Source: Longimicrobiales bacterium (GTDB taxonomy: Bacteria; Gemmatimonadota; Gemmatimonadetes; Longimicrobiales; Gaopeijiaceae). From it: a DNA stretch of 64,000 nt. Both the position numbers and the translations under genes were made by a program. A model generated the notes under the pieces. It saw only the letters and a program-made list of their open reading frames with translations, made no database searches and had not been told where the DNA came from. The DNA lies in contig CBDCKN010000003.1 of the NCBI GenBank assembly GCA_965218295.1, forward strand, positions 416,001 through 480,000, written 5' to 3'. This document shows positions 50,988 through 61,660 of this stretch, piece after piece. How positions within the stretch are numbered: position 1 is the stretch's first letter; every line of letters begins with the position of its first letter.

Positions 50988-51488
50988 ATGGCCAAGAAGA
51001 GCTCCTTTGACGTCTCCACCGGAGTCGACCTTCAGGAAGTGGACAACGCGGTGAACCAGGCGCGGAAAGAGATCGCTACCCGGTACGACTTCAAGGGCAC
51101 CGACTGCACGGTTGAATTCGACCGGGGGGCGGGCGTGGTCAAGCTCGAGGGCGACGACGCGTACCGGCTCACGGCGGTTCTGCAGGTCCTCCGGGAGAAG
51201 CTCGCCCGCAGGAACGTCCCCTTGAAGAACCTCGATCAGGGCAAGGTCGAGATCGCCTCCCTCGGTCGGGCGCGCCAGACCATCGGGCTCAAGCAGGGCA
51301 TCGACCAGGAGACCGGCAAGAAGATGGTGAAGACAATCAAGGACCACGGCTTCAAGAAGGTCCAAGTCCAGATCCAGGGGGATGAGCTACGGGTCACGAG
51401 CCCCTCGAAGGACGAGCTCCAGTCCGTCATGGCCTTCCTAAGAGGCGAGGACTGGGGGGTGGAGCTCAAGTTCGGGAACTATCGGTAG
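50988..51488 (+). CDS. yajQ: YajQ-family nucleotide-binding protein
   Basis: SFDV...DLQEVDNAVNQ, RYDFKG, QIQGDELRV, ELQ, F.NYR. Confidence 0.93.
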   Translation: MAKKSSFDVSTGVDLQEVDNAVNQARKEIATRYDFKGTDCTVEFDRGAGVVKLEGDDAYRLTAVLQVLREKLARRNVPLKNLDQGKVEIASLGRARQTIGLKQGIDQETGKKMVKTIKDHGFKKVQVQIQGDELRVTSPSKDELQSVMAFLRGEDWGVELKFGNYR

Positions 51489-51509
51489 GACGCTTCGTCT
51501 GCTTCATTC

Positions 51510-53120
51510 GTGCAGACGCGGATGCCCCCCCCAACGGAGGAGAGCCATGTTGCCGGACTGGACGATCACGTGACGGGATCTTCCGCGGCCGCTCAGTCGA
51601 GCACGATGCAGAAGGTCGGCCTGATCCTTGGTCCGGCTCTGTTCTTCGTGACGACCCTGTTCGACCTCGAGCCGGGGAATCCGGCGGTCACTCGCATGGC
51701 CGCCGTCGCCCTCCTCATGGCCACCTGGTGGATCACGGAGGCGATCCCGCTTTTCGCGACCGCGCTTCTTCCCCTGGTGCTTTTTCCCCTCTTGGGGATC
51801 ACACGGGGAGGTGCGACCGCGCCCATCTACTTCAACAGCATCATCGTGTTGTTCTTGGGGGGCTTCATGATCGCCTTGACCATGGAGAAGTGGAATCTGC
51901 ACCACCGGATCGCCTTGAAGATCATCAGGACGATCGGGGGAGGGCCGGCCCGGATCGTGCTGGGCTTCATGGTGGCGGCGGCGTTCCTGTCGATGTGGAT
52001 CTCCAATACCGCCACGGCGATCATGATGGTGCCCATGGGGCTCGCCATCATCATGGAGTTAGAGGAGGACTTCGGGGCCGAGGTCACGCACCCCTTCTCG
52101 GTGGGCCTCATGCTCGCCATCGGGTACGCGTGCTCCGTGGGCGGCCTCGCGACGCTGGTGGGGACGCCGCCCAACCTGTCCTTCGTGCAGATCTTCCAGA
52201 TCACCTTCCCCGACGCGCCGGCCATCTCGTTCGTCCAGTGGATGCTTCTGGGACTCCCCATCTCGGTGACGATGCTGGGGATCATCTGGCTCCTCATCAC
52301 GAAGGTCTTCTTCCGGGTGCCCGAACACGTCACGGTGGATCGTGAAGTGGTGGACAAGCAGGCTGCAGCGCTGGGACCCGTGACCTACGAGGAGAAGGCG
52401 GTCCTCGTGGTCTTCGCGCTCACAGCATTCCTCTGGGTATTCAGGGTCCCCATTCAGCTCGGGTTCATCACGATCCCGGGCTGGTCCCAGTTGCTCCCGT
52501 TCTCCGGACTCATCGACGACGGGACGGTAGCCATCACCATGGCGACCATCCTGTTCCTGATCCCGAGCCGGACTCCCGGCGCCGCCTACCCGACCCTCGC
52601 GGGCAAGGACCTCATCCCCCGGTTGCCCTGGAACATCGTGCTCCTCTTGGGGGGAGGCTTCGCCTTGGCCTACGGGTTTCAGGTCACGGGCCTGTCGACG
52701 TTCATCGGGAGCCAGTTCGCCGGACTCGCCGGGGTCTCACCGTTCGTGGTGATTGTCGTCGTCTGCCTGACGCTGATGTTCCTGACGGAGCTGACCTCCA
52801 ATACGGCCACCACCCAGATGATCCTCCCCATCCTGGCCTCGGTAGCCGTCGACTCGAACGTCCACCCCTTGATGCTGATGATCCCGGCCACCCTGTCGGC
52901 GTCCTGCGCATTCATGATGCCCGTGGCGACTCCGCCCAACGCCATCATCTTCGGGAGTGATCGAGTCCGGATCCCCGAGATGGCGCGCATCGGATTCGTG
53001 CTGAACCTCATCGGCGTCCTGGTGATCTCGCTGTTGTTCCTCCTCGTGGGGACCGTGGTCTTCGGGATCGACTTCGGGGTCATGCCCGAGTGGGCCACGT
53101 TCGAGGGGACGGGGCAGTAG
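51510..53120 (+). CDS. DASS/SLC13 sodium:anion symporter (start may be 51606)
   Basis: WWITEAIP, LFLGGF, SMWISNTAT, VGTPPN, TELTSNTAT, AFMMPVATPPNAI. Confidence 0.92.
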   Translation: MQTRMPPPTEESHVAGLDDHVTGSSAAAQSSTMQKVGLILGPALFFVTTLFDLEPGNPAVTRMAAVALLMATWWITEAIPLFATALLPLVLFPLLGITRGGATAPIYFNSIIVLFLGGFMIALTMEKWNLHHRIALKIIRTIGGGPARIVLGFMVAAAFLSMWISNTATAIMMVPMGLAIIMELEEDFGAEVTHPFSVGLMLAIGYACSVGGLATLVGTPPNLSFVQIFQITFPDAPAISFVQWMLLGLPISVTMLGIIWLLITKVFFRVPEHVTVDREVVDKQAAALGPVTYEEKAVLVVFALTAFLWVFRVPIQLGFITIPGWSQLLPFSGLIDDGTVAITMATILFLIPSRTPGAAYPTLAGKDLIPRLPWNIVLLLGGGFALAYGFQVTGLSTFIGSQFAGLAGVSPFVVIVVVCLTLMFLTELTSNTATTQMILPILASVAVDSNVHPLMLMIPATLSASCAFMMPVATPPNAIIFGSDRVRIPEMARIGFVLNLIGVLVISLLFLLVGTVVFGIDFGVMPEWATFEGTGQ

Positions 53121-53182
53121 GACGGGCGTACGGCCCTGATCGGGAAAGTTACGTACCGGAGACTGGGGAGTATGTAGCAGGA

Positions 53183-55513
53183 CTACCGTGGCCAGCCCGG
53201 CACCATCACGGGTGCCGTCACCGGCGCCCCCGCCGCCACCCCTACCTGGCCCGAAGCGTTGAGCCCCCAGCAATAGATCTCGCCGAGACCGTTGAGGCCG
53301 CAGGTGTGATCTCCGATACCGGGCAGGAGAAGCGAGATGCCGTGCTGATCGGGCGCCGGCAGAAGGAAGGGTGCGGACTGGTTGATCATTGAACTAATCC
53401 CCAGCTGGCCCGACGCATTGAGCCCCCAGCAGTACGTAAGCCCGCCTACCAGGCCACATGTGTGTCCGCCCCCCGCGGTGATGCTCGTGAAGGTGTGTAA
53501 ACCCAAGACGAGCGTCGGAGTCGGGTTGGCCTGAGGCACGGCAACGCCCGCCCCGAGGGATCCGCTGACGTCCTCGCCCCAGCAGTAGCCCGCGCCCCCG
53601 CCCGCGCCGGCCTGGGTGACTCCGCAGCTGTAGCCGGCCCCTGCGGAAACGTTGGAGAAAAGGAGCGGCCCACTCACGACCGCTATAGGCACCGTGCGGG
53701 TGATCTGCGTTCCGATTCCGAGCTGTCCCTGGTCGTTGAGACCCCAGCAGTACGCGATTCCGCCGAGGGTCACAGCGCACGTGTGATCCCTGCCAGCGCT
53801 GATCTCCTGGAAGGCCACGCCTGCCACGGCGACAGGCGTCAGAGCGTCGGTGAGACCGGCGTTGCCCAGCTGTCCGCTGGTCCCCTGCCCCCAGCAATAG
53901 GCCGCACCGGTCCCGTCCAAGGCGCAGGTGTGGGCCTCTCCGGCACTGATACGCACGAAGTGGAGGTTGCCGCTCACCTTCGTCACGGCGGACCGACCGA
54001 CAACCGTCCCATCCCCAATCTGCCCGTCGGTGTTGAGCCCCCAACAGTAGGCCTCCCCATTGGCGTCGAGGCCGCATGTGTGTCCGCCACCCGCCGAAAC
54101 CCGCATGAGGGTCGGACCGCTGATCAGAAGAGGCGCGGAGCTGAACGCGGGGCCAGACCCCAACTGCTGACTGAGATTACTGCCCCAACAATGCCAGGCC
54201 CCATCGGAGCCGGCGCGCGCACAATTGTGGGCATTGCCCACCGTAAGGGATGCCCCGAGACCAACCTGAAGGAACGACTCGGCCGTGAAGGCGACCGTTC
54301 CCGCCACACCCGCCGTAGATACCGTGACCGATGTGGTGCCAGCCGTGGCAGGCAGCGTGAGGACGGTGCTCGCCAGACCGTTGGCGTCGCTGCCAACCGA
54401 TACCGGGCTGACGGAGCCGGAGCTCGCCGCGAACGTCACCAGGACAGCCGGCACCGGGTTGCCTGAAGCATCCTCCACTTTGGCGACCAGCGGGATCGGC
54501 AGAGTGGAAGAGGCGATTCCCACCTGCCCATCACCTGAAACCTTCTGGAGGACCGCCGGAGCGCCAGCGAGTGACGTGGCGGTAAACGTCTCGCTCAGGC
54601 CCAGGTTGGGGACGGAGGCCGTGACGGTGACCGGCCCCGCGGTGGCTGGAAACGTGAGGGACGTACTCGCGAGCCCATCTTCGTCGGTGACGGAGGTCGC
54701 CGGGCTCACTGATCCGACGCTCACGGAGAACTCCACGGTCACACCCACGGACGGATTCCCCAACGCGTCCACCAGCTTGACCACGAGCGGGAACGCCAGA
54801 GTCGTGAGAACGACACCGGCTTGCCCATCGCCCGCGATCTTCGTGATGCTGACCGCCGGCCCGGCAACGCCCGTAGCGGAGAACTCCACCGAGAACTGTG
54901 CAAAGGCCGCCCTCATGCGATGGGCCCCCAAGAGAACGCCAAGAGTCCATCGGGCGCTGGCACGCCCGTCCTGCCCGGTCGAGGAGCCACCTTCGACCGA
55001 GCCTCCTCCCCCCGTGACGGAGAATTGAATCACACGATTCGGCACCGGGCTGCCCATGGCGTCCGTCAGTAAGACCTCGGGCTACACCGGAAGCGCTTGA
55101 TCCACGATTCCGGTCTGTCCGTCGCCACCCACCTTCTCGAGGGCAGCGGGCTGCTGCTGGACCTGGAGTACGACGGCCCCACTCGCCGAGCCGGCCGTCG
55201 CCGTGATCACACTGGTCCCCTCGCCTCGGGCTGTGACGATGCCGGATATGGGGCCGGCGCTGCTCACCTCGGCCACGGAGAGGTTACTCGAGGACCAGGT
55301 CACGGACTGTCCAGCGAGTACGTTCCCGTTCTGGTCCCGCACCTCTGCGAGGGCCTGGGTCGTCTCGCCCACCGCGGCGAGGATGACCTTGGACAAGATG
55401 ACAATCAGAGACGAGGGAACCAGGGGATCCACTCCCCCACCTCCGCCGTCCCCCTTGCAGCCCGTCATCACCAGGAGAAGCCCTAGGGCGACGGCCTTGT
55501 CGGTACGTGTCAT
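53183..55513 (-). pseudogene. Lipoprotein with bacterial Ig-like domains and RCC1 repeats; in-frame TAG at 55082-55084
   Basis: LLVMTGC lipobox; GDGQ.G Ig repeats; repeated SAG..HTC....G.AYCWG.N..GQLG; both ORFs share a frame (ALPV*PEVLLTDAMG). Confidence 0.82.
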
Positions 55514-55638
55514 CCGCTGACCTCGTTGCAGGATCGTGCGGCGAGCCCAGGCCAAGCTACCTTCGTTCTGGTGGCGGCCGAAAGCGTTTCGTCGCATGCC
55601 CACCCGTATCGACATCAAGTCGAGAGAGCAAATCATCC

Positions 55639-56367
55639 ATGAGACGTGTCATCCGCCTCTCCATACTGGCGGTCGGGATCGCTGGAGTGGGACTCTACAT
55701 CTAGACCCGCGACGGCTGTGGCCGGAGCGGCGCCACGGCCTGTCCGGACGCCCATCTGGTGAACGGTCTCGGGACGGTGGTGGCCCGGAGCGACACGTGC
55801 GCCGGTGCGGGCTATCTCTGCGTCGGTGACGACAGAGCAGAATTCCAGGTCATGCGCTGGGCTCTGTCCAAAGGGCGCCTCAGGGTGCGGGTGCCCATTC
55901 CCGATATCCCCGACAGGGAGGAGGCTCGCCTCCTCCGTGCTGCAGCCGTCGAGGGCATCCGCATGTGGGACGGTCATCCCTTCCCCCTCTCGATCGACAC
56001 CAGTCCCATCCCCTGGAGGCTATGGGACATCGAGCTCTTCTGGGTTCGTCTACCGGAGTTCAGAGGCGGCTCCGTCGGTCTCGCCCGGGCCGAGTGGCGC
56101 GTGAGGAACGGCGAACCGCAGTTCTCCGTCAAGAACATCTCGGCGGTCACGCAGGACTACCGGAATCCGGGGCGGCACGCCCCCTCCGAGGTCGTTGCGG
56201 CCGTGGCGGCACACGAGATGGGACACGCACTGGGCATCCTTCACCACAGCGACCGCGCCTCGGACATTCTCTATCCTTCAGACGAAGGATCCCAGCGGGT
56301 CTCAGCCAGGGACCTCGAGACCGTGGAGGCGCTCTACCGGCTGCCGAACGGAGCCCTGGTCCGGTGA
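55639..56367 (+). pseudogene. Matrixin-like zinc metallopeptidase; in-frame TAG at 55702-55704 after the signal/anchor
   Basis: MRRVIRLSILAVGIAGVGLYI*TRDG... is in frame with HEMGHALGILHHS...ILYP. Confidence 0.75.
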
Positions 56368-56476
56368 CGGGCGTCGCCGGGCGGCTCGTGCGGCGACCTC
56401 GAGTTGCTCTTCAGAGAGCGTACGTATCTTTACATCGTGAGTATACGTACGAGGCGGTGCTGGGGCGGTAACAGCA

Positions 56477-56511
56477 GACCCCCCCGGCGCCCTCTGAGCG
56501 CCGGGGGGGTT
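56477..56511 (-). terminator. GC-rich hairpin between convergent genes
   Basis: GACCCCCCCGGCGC-CCTCTGA-GCGCCGGGGGGGTT. Confidence 0.65.
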
Positions 56512-56532
56512 GTCTCGGTCGGCCCGACGGGA

Positions 56533-57789
56533 TCAGCGATGCAACCGCAACTCCCGGAAGTCGTCCCACTCCACGCGATGTGTGCTTCCGTCCTCAGCGC
56601 GGATGGTGATGCCCCGGTTCCCCGGATTCACGTCGTTGGTGCCGGACAGTTGGAAGGTGCGACCGTCCACCAGCTCCACAGCGGCGCTGTAGCCCCGCTT
56701 CGCGATGGAGGTGATCTGGCTGAACTCGACGGTGAAATCGATGCCCTTGTAGTCGCCGTCCAGCATCTCCCAGGTATACTCCTCGTCGTTATCCCAGCGG
56801 ATGTCACCCGTGAGCTCCTCACCCGACTCGGTGACCACGGTGCCACGGATGGGGCGGCCACCGTCGAACTCCTCGTAAGTGGTCTGGACCGGAGCCCTGC
56901 GGAAGTGCACCTCGGAGAAGTCCTTCCAGCGGACTTTGACCTGACCCAGCGTCGGGTCGGAAACCGAGATTCCGCGGTTCGTCCGTCCGACGTCGTTTGT
57001 CCCCCTGAGGACCATCTCCTCGCCACTCTCCACGACCACACGGGCCGCTCGGGAGCTCTCGTGCCGGATGGAGATGACGTCGCTGAAGGCGATCTCCCGG
57101 TCGACCCCGTCTTGATCCTTACCGTCGAGGATGTCGGTGGTGAGGATCTCGTCCATGTCCCAGGTCATGTAGCCGGTGAACTCGAGTCCGGCCCGTGTGA
57201 TCAGGGTCCCGTAGAGCCGCTCGCCCCACGGGATGATCCCGTCGGGGGCGGCCATGAACTCCACGGCCTCCAAGTCGCGCCACTTCAGCTCGGCAACGCC
57301 CTGCCGCGGATCGTCAACGACGAGGGCACGCAGTCCCCGGCCCAGATCCGTGCGTCGGCCTCCAAGCTCCTGCTGCTGCCCCGACTTGAGTGTGAACAGG
57401 GCCTCGTGCGAGTTCAGAACGTCGATGCGCCGGACGTGACCGAAGCGGATGCCCGAAAGCGTAGAGCGACGGCCCTTCCAGTCGACGTCCAGCAGATCGG
57501 CCCAACTCCCCTCGTTCCGATCCCAACGGATGTAGCCCTCGAATGCGTCCCCCGACCTGGTGACGACGTTTCCGTAGAGACGGCCGACGAGGGCCGGTCC
57601 CTCCAATCGCTCGACCAGCGGGGCCGGAGCCACCGTGGGGACATCGACCGGAAGGGTGACGGTGTAGGTCCGGTGCTGGTGGGGCGCGGCGTTGGCCAAG
57701 AGAGCCATGGTGCAGGCAAGGCTGAGAACTCCTGCGCCGGCGATGACCGACAGATTCTTGGCGTCTTCTTTGCGCGTCGGCTCTTTCAT
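56533..57789 (-). CDS. Exported protein with three tandem homologous domains, function unknown
   Basis: Repeats of G...T..G....G.(I/M).WD..E.....LD and G.NDV...NRGI. Confidence 0.75.
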   Translation of the reverse strand: MKEPTRKEDAKNLSVIAGAGVLSLACTMALLANAAPHQHRTYTVTLPVDVPTVAPAPLVERLEGPALVGRLYGNVVTRSGDAFEGYIRWDRNEGSWADLLDVDWKGRRSTLSGIRFGHVRRIDVLNSHEALFTLKSGQQQELGGRRTDLGRGLRALVVDDPRQGVAELKWRDLEAVEFMAAPDGIIPWGERLYGTLITRAGLEFTGYMTWDMDEILTTDILDGKDQDGVDREIAFSDVISIRHESSRAARVVVESGEEMVLRGTNDVGRTNRGISVSDPTLGQVKVRWKDFSEVHFRRAPVQTTYEEFDGGRPIRGTVVTESGEELTGDIRWDNDEEYTWEMLDGDYKGIDFTVEFSQITSIAKRGYSAAVELVDGRTFQLSGTNDVNPGNRGITIRAEDGSTHRVEWDDFRELRLHR

Positions 57790-57829
57790 CTTGTCCCCCC
57801 ATCCAGGACCTCGAGACTCTACTGCAGAC

Positions 57830-57925
57830 TAGTGTTCCGTTGTCGAAGTTCGCGAGTCACCAAGAGGGCCGGGGCGGATGCACCGTGCCCTCGACTGACC
57901 GAGACACTTTGGTAACGGGACCCTA
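57830..57925. mobile_element. MITE-like element, short copy (96 bp)
   Basis: Same TIRs and flanking internal sequence as 50782-50947 but lacking 70 internal bp; bounded by CTAG at both ends. Confidence 0.75.
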
Positions 57926-58087
57926 GTATCGTACTGGCCTACGGCGAGCGAGTTCCCGTCGAGAACCAGCTGCCCACGGGCGAGGCGGTGCAAAAGATCG
58001 GGGCCGGCATTCTTCCGGTAGGCACGTTCGCGAGGATTCGGACTACACCGTCGTCATGACGCAGGGTACCGCTGGACCCGGCTCGGG

Positions 58088-58588
58088 TCAGGCCGGCGGC
58101 ACGTCTCCCGGCTCCGGCATGTGCGCCAGGTGCAGGTATCCTACCAGGAGGATCGCGGCGAAGAGGTTCACCGCCACCACCATGCCCGGTCCCACGGATT
58201 CCAGCGCCACGACCGAGCCGGACACGGAAACGGTTCCGTAGAACGCCGCGGTGCATAAGGCCGCCACGGCGAGAAGTCGCTTGAGGCCGGCCAAGTACTT
58301 CCAGTCGAAGAGAAGGCTCGCCAGGACCCCCACCAGGGCGAAGGCCAGGAAGTGCAGGATGGTGAAGGTCGCGATCCGGTAGGCCGTCGACAGGCCGGCG
58401 ACGAGACCCGACAGGCTGGTCAGATCCAGCTCGAAGCCGGCGGGGCCGAAGACGGCTCCCGACAGGGCGCCCGGCGTCGCCAGGGGCTGCAACCGTATCA
58501 GATCGAGAACGAAGAAGGAGAGGGCTACCCCTCCGGCGGCGATGGCCCCGGCCTCCGCCCCCCTGACTGCGCGATCGTATTTGCCCAT
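58088..58588 (-). CDS. Small multi-pass membrane protein
   Basis: GAIAAGGVALSFFVLDL...PLATP..L motif, four hydrophobic helices; GGAG RBS. Confidence 0.7.
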   Translation of the reverse strand: MGKYDRAVRGAEAGAIAAGGVALSFFVLDLIRLQPLATPGALSGAVFGPAGFELDLTSLSGLVAGLSTAYRIATFTILHFLAFALVGVLASLLFDWKYLAGLKRLLAVAALCTAAFYGTVSVSGSVVALESVGPGMVVAVNLFAAILLVGYLHLAHMPEPGDVPPA

Positions 58589-58879
58589 GGTTCGGCTCCC
58601 TGGAGCGTGTCGATCACCCCTGCCTCACCGATCCGTTACCAACGTGGGTCTATCTGCTCTCCATCGCAACCACGGAGGGGCGCCCTCCTCCCTCACGCTC
58701 ACCGTGATCGCGGCCTCCCACATCCTTAGTCTCTGACGGGGGGGTGTGCAGCGGGCCCTGCTCCTCTTCTTCGGTACCGTGGTGCCGGTAGCCGTTATCT
58801 GGTTCATCAAGCGACGGAAGCGCTGACTCTTCCGCCACCCCTTGACTCTTCTCGGCTTATTCGGTTTACTGAGGGCGTC

Positions 58880-58957
58880 ATGAGAACCTCGACTCAGCAT
58901 CATCGGCACCATCATCACCATCCGCTCACGGGCGGCTGGCTGGAGATGTGCACCTGA
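58880..58957 (+). CDS. hisL: his operon leader peptide MRTSTQHHRHHHHHPLTGGWLEMCT (25 aa)
   Basis: 7 His codons in 8 positions, upstream of a terminator and hisG. Confidence 0.92.
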   Translation: MRTSTQHHRHHHHHPLTGGWLEMCT

Positions 58958-58989
58958 GTTGAGGATCACCTGACGATCTGAGCGCATCT

Positions 58990-59019
58990 GACGCCGGCCC
59001 TCCGAGGTCGGCGTTTTTT
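58990..59019 (+). terminator. his attenuator terminator
   Basis: GACGCCGGCC-CTCCGA-GGTCGGCGTT followed by TTTT. Confidence 0.88.
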
Positions 59020-59065
59020 CGTTCGCCCACCTCGGAGCTCCGGCGCCGTCCCAACGGAGCTCCAT

Positions 59066-59947
59066 ATGAGCCAAGACAACAGAGACAACGACGACACGCT
59101 TCGCATCGGCCTCCCCAAGGGTCGCATGCAGGAAGCGGTCATGACGCTGCTGGCCGACGCCGGCATCCGGATCACGCCCAGCGCCCGTGGATACCGGCCA
59201 ACGGTCTCCCTACGTCGATGCGAGGCAAAGATCCTGAAGCCGCAAAACATCGTCGAGATGATCGAGCTCGGCAGTCGCGACGTCGGTTTCGCCGGCGCCG
59301 ACTGGGTCGAGGAGATGCGCGCCGACGTGGTCGAGCTCCTCGACACCGAGCTGGATCCCGTCCAAGTGGTTGCGGCGGCACCGAGGGTGCTTCTCAACTC
59401 CAACGAGCTTCCGGCTCGGCGCCTCGTCGTCGCGTCGGAGTACGAACGGCTCACCAAGGAGTGGATCGGAAGTCGGGGCCTCGACGCCGAGTTCGTCCGC
59501 TCCTACGGAGCCACCGAGGTGTTCCCGCCCGAGGACGCGGACGTCATCGTCGACAACACGGCCACCGGAAGCACCTTACGTGCGAACGATCTCGTCGTCG
59601 TGGACACCCTGCTCTCCTCGTCCACCCGCCTCTACGCCAGCCCCACGGCCATGGACGATCCGGCGAAGAAGGGCCGTATCGAGGATCTCCGGCTGCTCCT
59701 GCAGAGCGTCCTCGATGCGAGAAGGCGAGTGATGATCGAGGTGAACGCCCCGGCGGACCGCCTCGACGCCGTGGTCTCGCTCCTTCCCTGCATGCGGGAA
59801 GCCACCGTGGCTCCGCTCTTCGGGAACAGAGGCTACGCGGTGAAGGCGGCGGTCCCGAAGGACCGGCTGCCGGAGATCATCCCTGCCGTGAAGGCGGCTG
59901 GCGGATCCGACGTGGTCGTCACCTCACTGTCCCAGATCGTCCCTTGA
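59066..59947 (+). CDS. hisG: ATP phosphoribosyltransferase (long form)
   Basis: [37 protein letters not shown]-terminal regulatory domain. Confidence 0.93.
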   Translation: MSQDNRDNDDTLRIGLPKGRMQEAVMTLLADAGIRITPSARGYRPTVSLRRCEAKILKPQNIVEMIELGSRDVGFAGADWVEEMRADVVELLDTELDPVQVVAAAPRVLLNSNELPARRLVVASEYERLTKEWIGSRGLDAEFVRSYGATEVFPPEDADVIVDNTATGSTLRANDLVVVDTLLSSSTRLYASPTAMDDPAKKGRIEDLRLLLQSVLDARRRVMIEVNAPADRLDAVVSLLPCMREATVAPLFGNRGYAVKAAVPKDRLPEIIPAVKAAGGSDVVVTSLSQIVP

Positions 59948-61660
59948 GCGACCGGCCCTCACTTCCGTCGACCTGGATTCCCAAGGATCCGTATCGGGGC
60001 CCCAGGCCTCGTGACCCCGGCGTTCTCAAGCTGGACGGTAACGAAGGAGCTGCGCCGTCTCCGAGCGTCCTGGCAGGGCTGGCCCATGAGGACGTATCCG
60101 TTTTGCTGGATTATCCCGACCCACGGGGGCTCGAGGCAGATATCGCCGATTGGCTCTGTGTGGATCCGGGACGTGTGGTGGTGACGGCCGGAGCGGACGA
60201 CGCTCTCGACCGGGTCTGCCGGGCGTTCCTGAGGCCCGGGCGACGCATGGTCCTTCCTGTCCCGGCCTTCGAGATGATGTACCGCTTCGCCGCAGCCACC
60301 GGGGGGGAAGTGAAGCCGGTTCCCTGGGAGGGCGACTTCCCCACCGACGCGGTCATCGCGGCCCTGGACGACGACGTCTCCGTCGTCGCAGTGATCTCAC
60401 CCAACAACCCCACGGGCCGCGTGGCGACGGCAGAAGACCTGAAGCGAGTGGCCGACGCCGCCTCCGGGGCCATCGTTCTCTTGGACCACGTCTACGTCGA
60501 CTACGCCGACGAGGATCTCACGGAGTTGGCCACCGAGCTCGAGAACGTGGTCACCGTCCGATCCTTCTCCAAGGCCTGGGGCCTGGCGGGATGCCGGGTG
60601 GGATACGCCATCGCCTCAGAAGAGGTCGCCAACGTGCTCCGGAACGCGGGCATCCCTTTCCCCGTGGCCGGGCTCTCGATCGCTGCGGTGCGTACACAGC
60701 TCCAAGGAGGCCGAACGCTGCTGGATGAGCACGTGAGGCGGATCCGTGGGGGCCGAGACGTGCTGGCTGACACCCTCGCTGGCCTCGGCGCCTCGCCTGC
60801 CCCGTCTCAGGGGAACTTCGTCTTCGCCGACTTCAGCGAGCGCGCCGACCTCGTCTACGATGGGCTGGCGTCGCTGGGGATACGCGTCCGGCGCTTTCCG
60901 CATCGGCCCGAGATCAGAGCCGGGATACGCATGACGGTACCGCAGGGCGCAGAGGAGATGGAGAGGCTTCGAGCCGGCCTGGACACGGTCCTGGCTCCCG
61001 AGGCGTTGCTCTTCGACCTGGACGGGGTGCTAGCCGACGTCGAGGACTCGTATCGACGCTGCGTCCTGGAGACGGCCGGAAGCTTCGGGGTCCAGATCAC
61101 CCGTGGGGACCTGGAGACGGCCGTGCTGGCGGGCGACGCGAACAACGATTGGGTGCTGACCCAGCGCATTCTGGAGGCTCGGGGCGTCGAGGTTCCCCTG
61201 GGCGACGTCACCGAGCACTTTCAGGAGATCTACCTGGGCACGCCACAGAAGCCCGGGCTTCGTGAGTCCGAGCGACTTCTCGTCGGTCGAGACGTGCTGG
61301 CGCGGCTGGCGGCCCGCCTACCCATGGGCATCGTCACCGGCCGCCCGAGGGACGAGGCCGTCTGGTTCCTGGAGAAGACCGGGATATCGGACCTCTTCGG
61401 AGCGGTCGTGTGCCTGGGGGACGCTTCCCTCAAGCCCAATCCTGAACCCGTGCGCGTTGCCCTCGCACGGTTGGGCGTCGAGCGAGCGTGGATGGTGGGT
61501 GACACGCCTGATGACCTCCGTGCCGCCAAGGCCGCAGGAGTCCTTCCGGTGGGATCGTGGCTCCCGGCGACGACCCCACCAACGCCGTTTCGGCCCTCCG
61601 CGACGCCGGAGCGGCCACCGTACTGGACGACGTCACCAATCTCGAGGAGCTACTCCATGA
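59944..61660 (+). CDS. hisC: Histidinol-phosphate aminotransferase fused to a HAD phosphatase (apparent 1-nt losses near 61552 and 61655)
   Basis: [39 protein letters not shown], then [26 protein letters not shown]. Confidence 0.85.

Noticed and set aside
53183..54260. RCC1 repeats as a diversity-generating or repeat-array system
   Set aside because: They are ordinary protein repeats with no reverse transcriptase or template repeat.
56404..57915. Long antisense ORFs (this one, also 4141-5463, 28502-29752, 34319-35725, 42025-43302)
   Set aside because: They are shadows of high-GC genes on the opposite strand, with no motifs or RBS.
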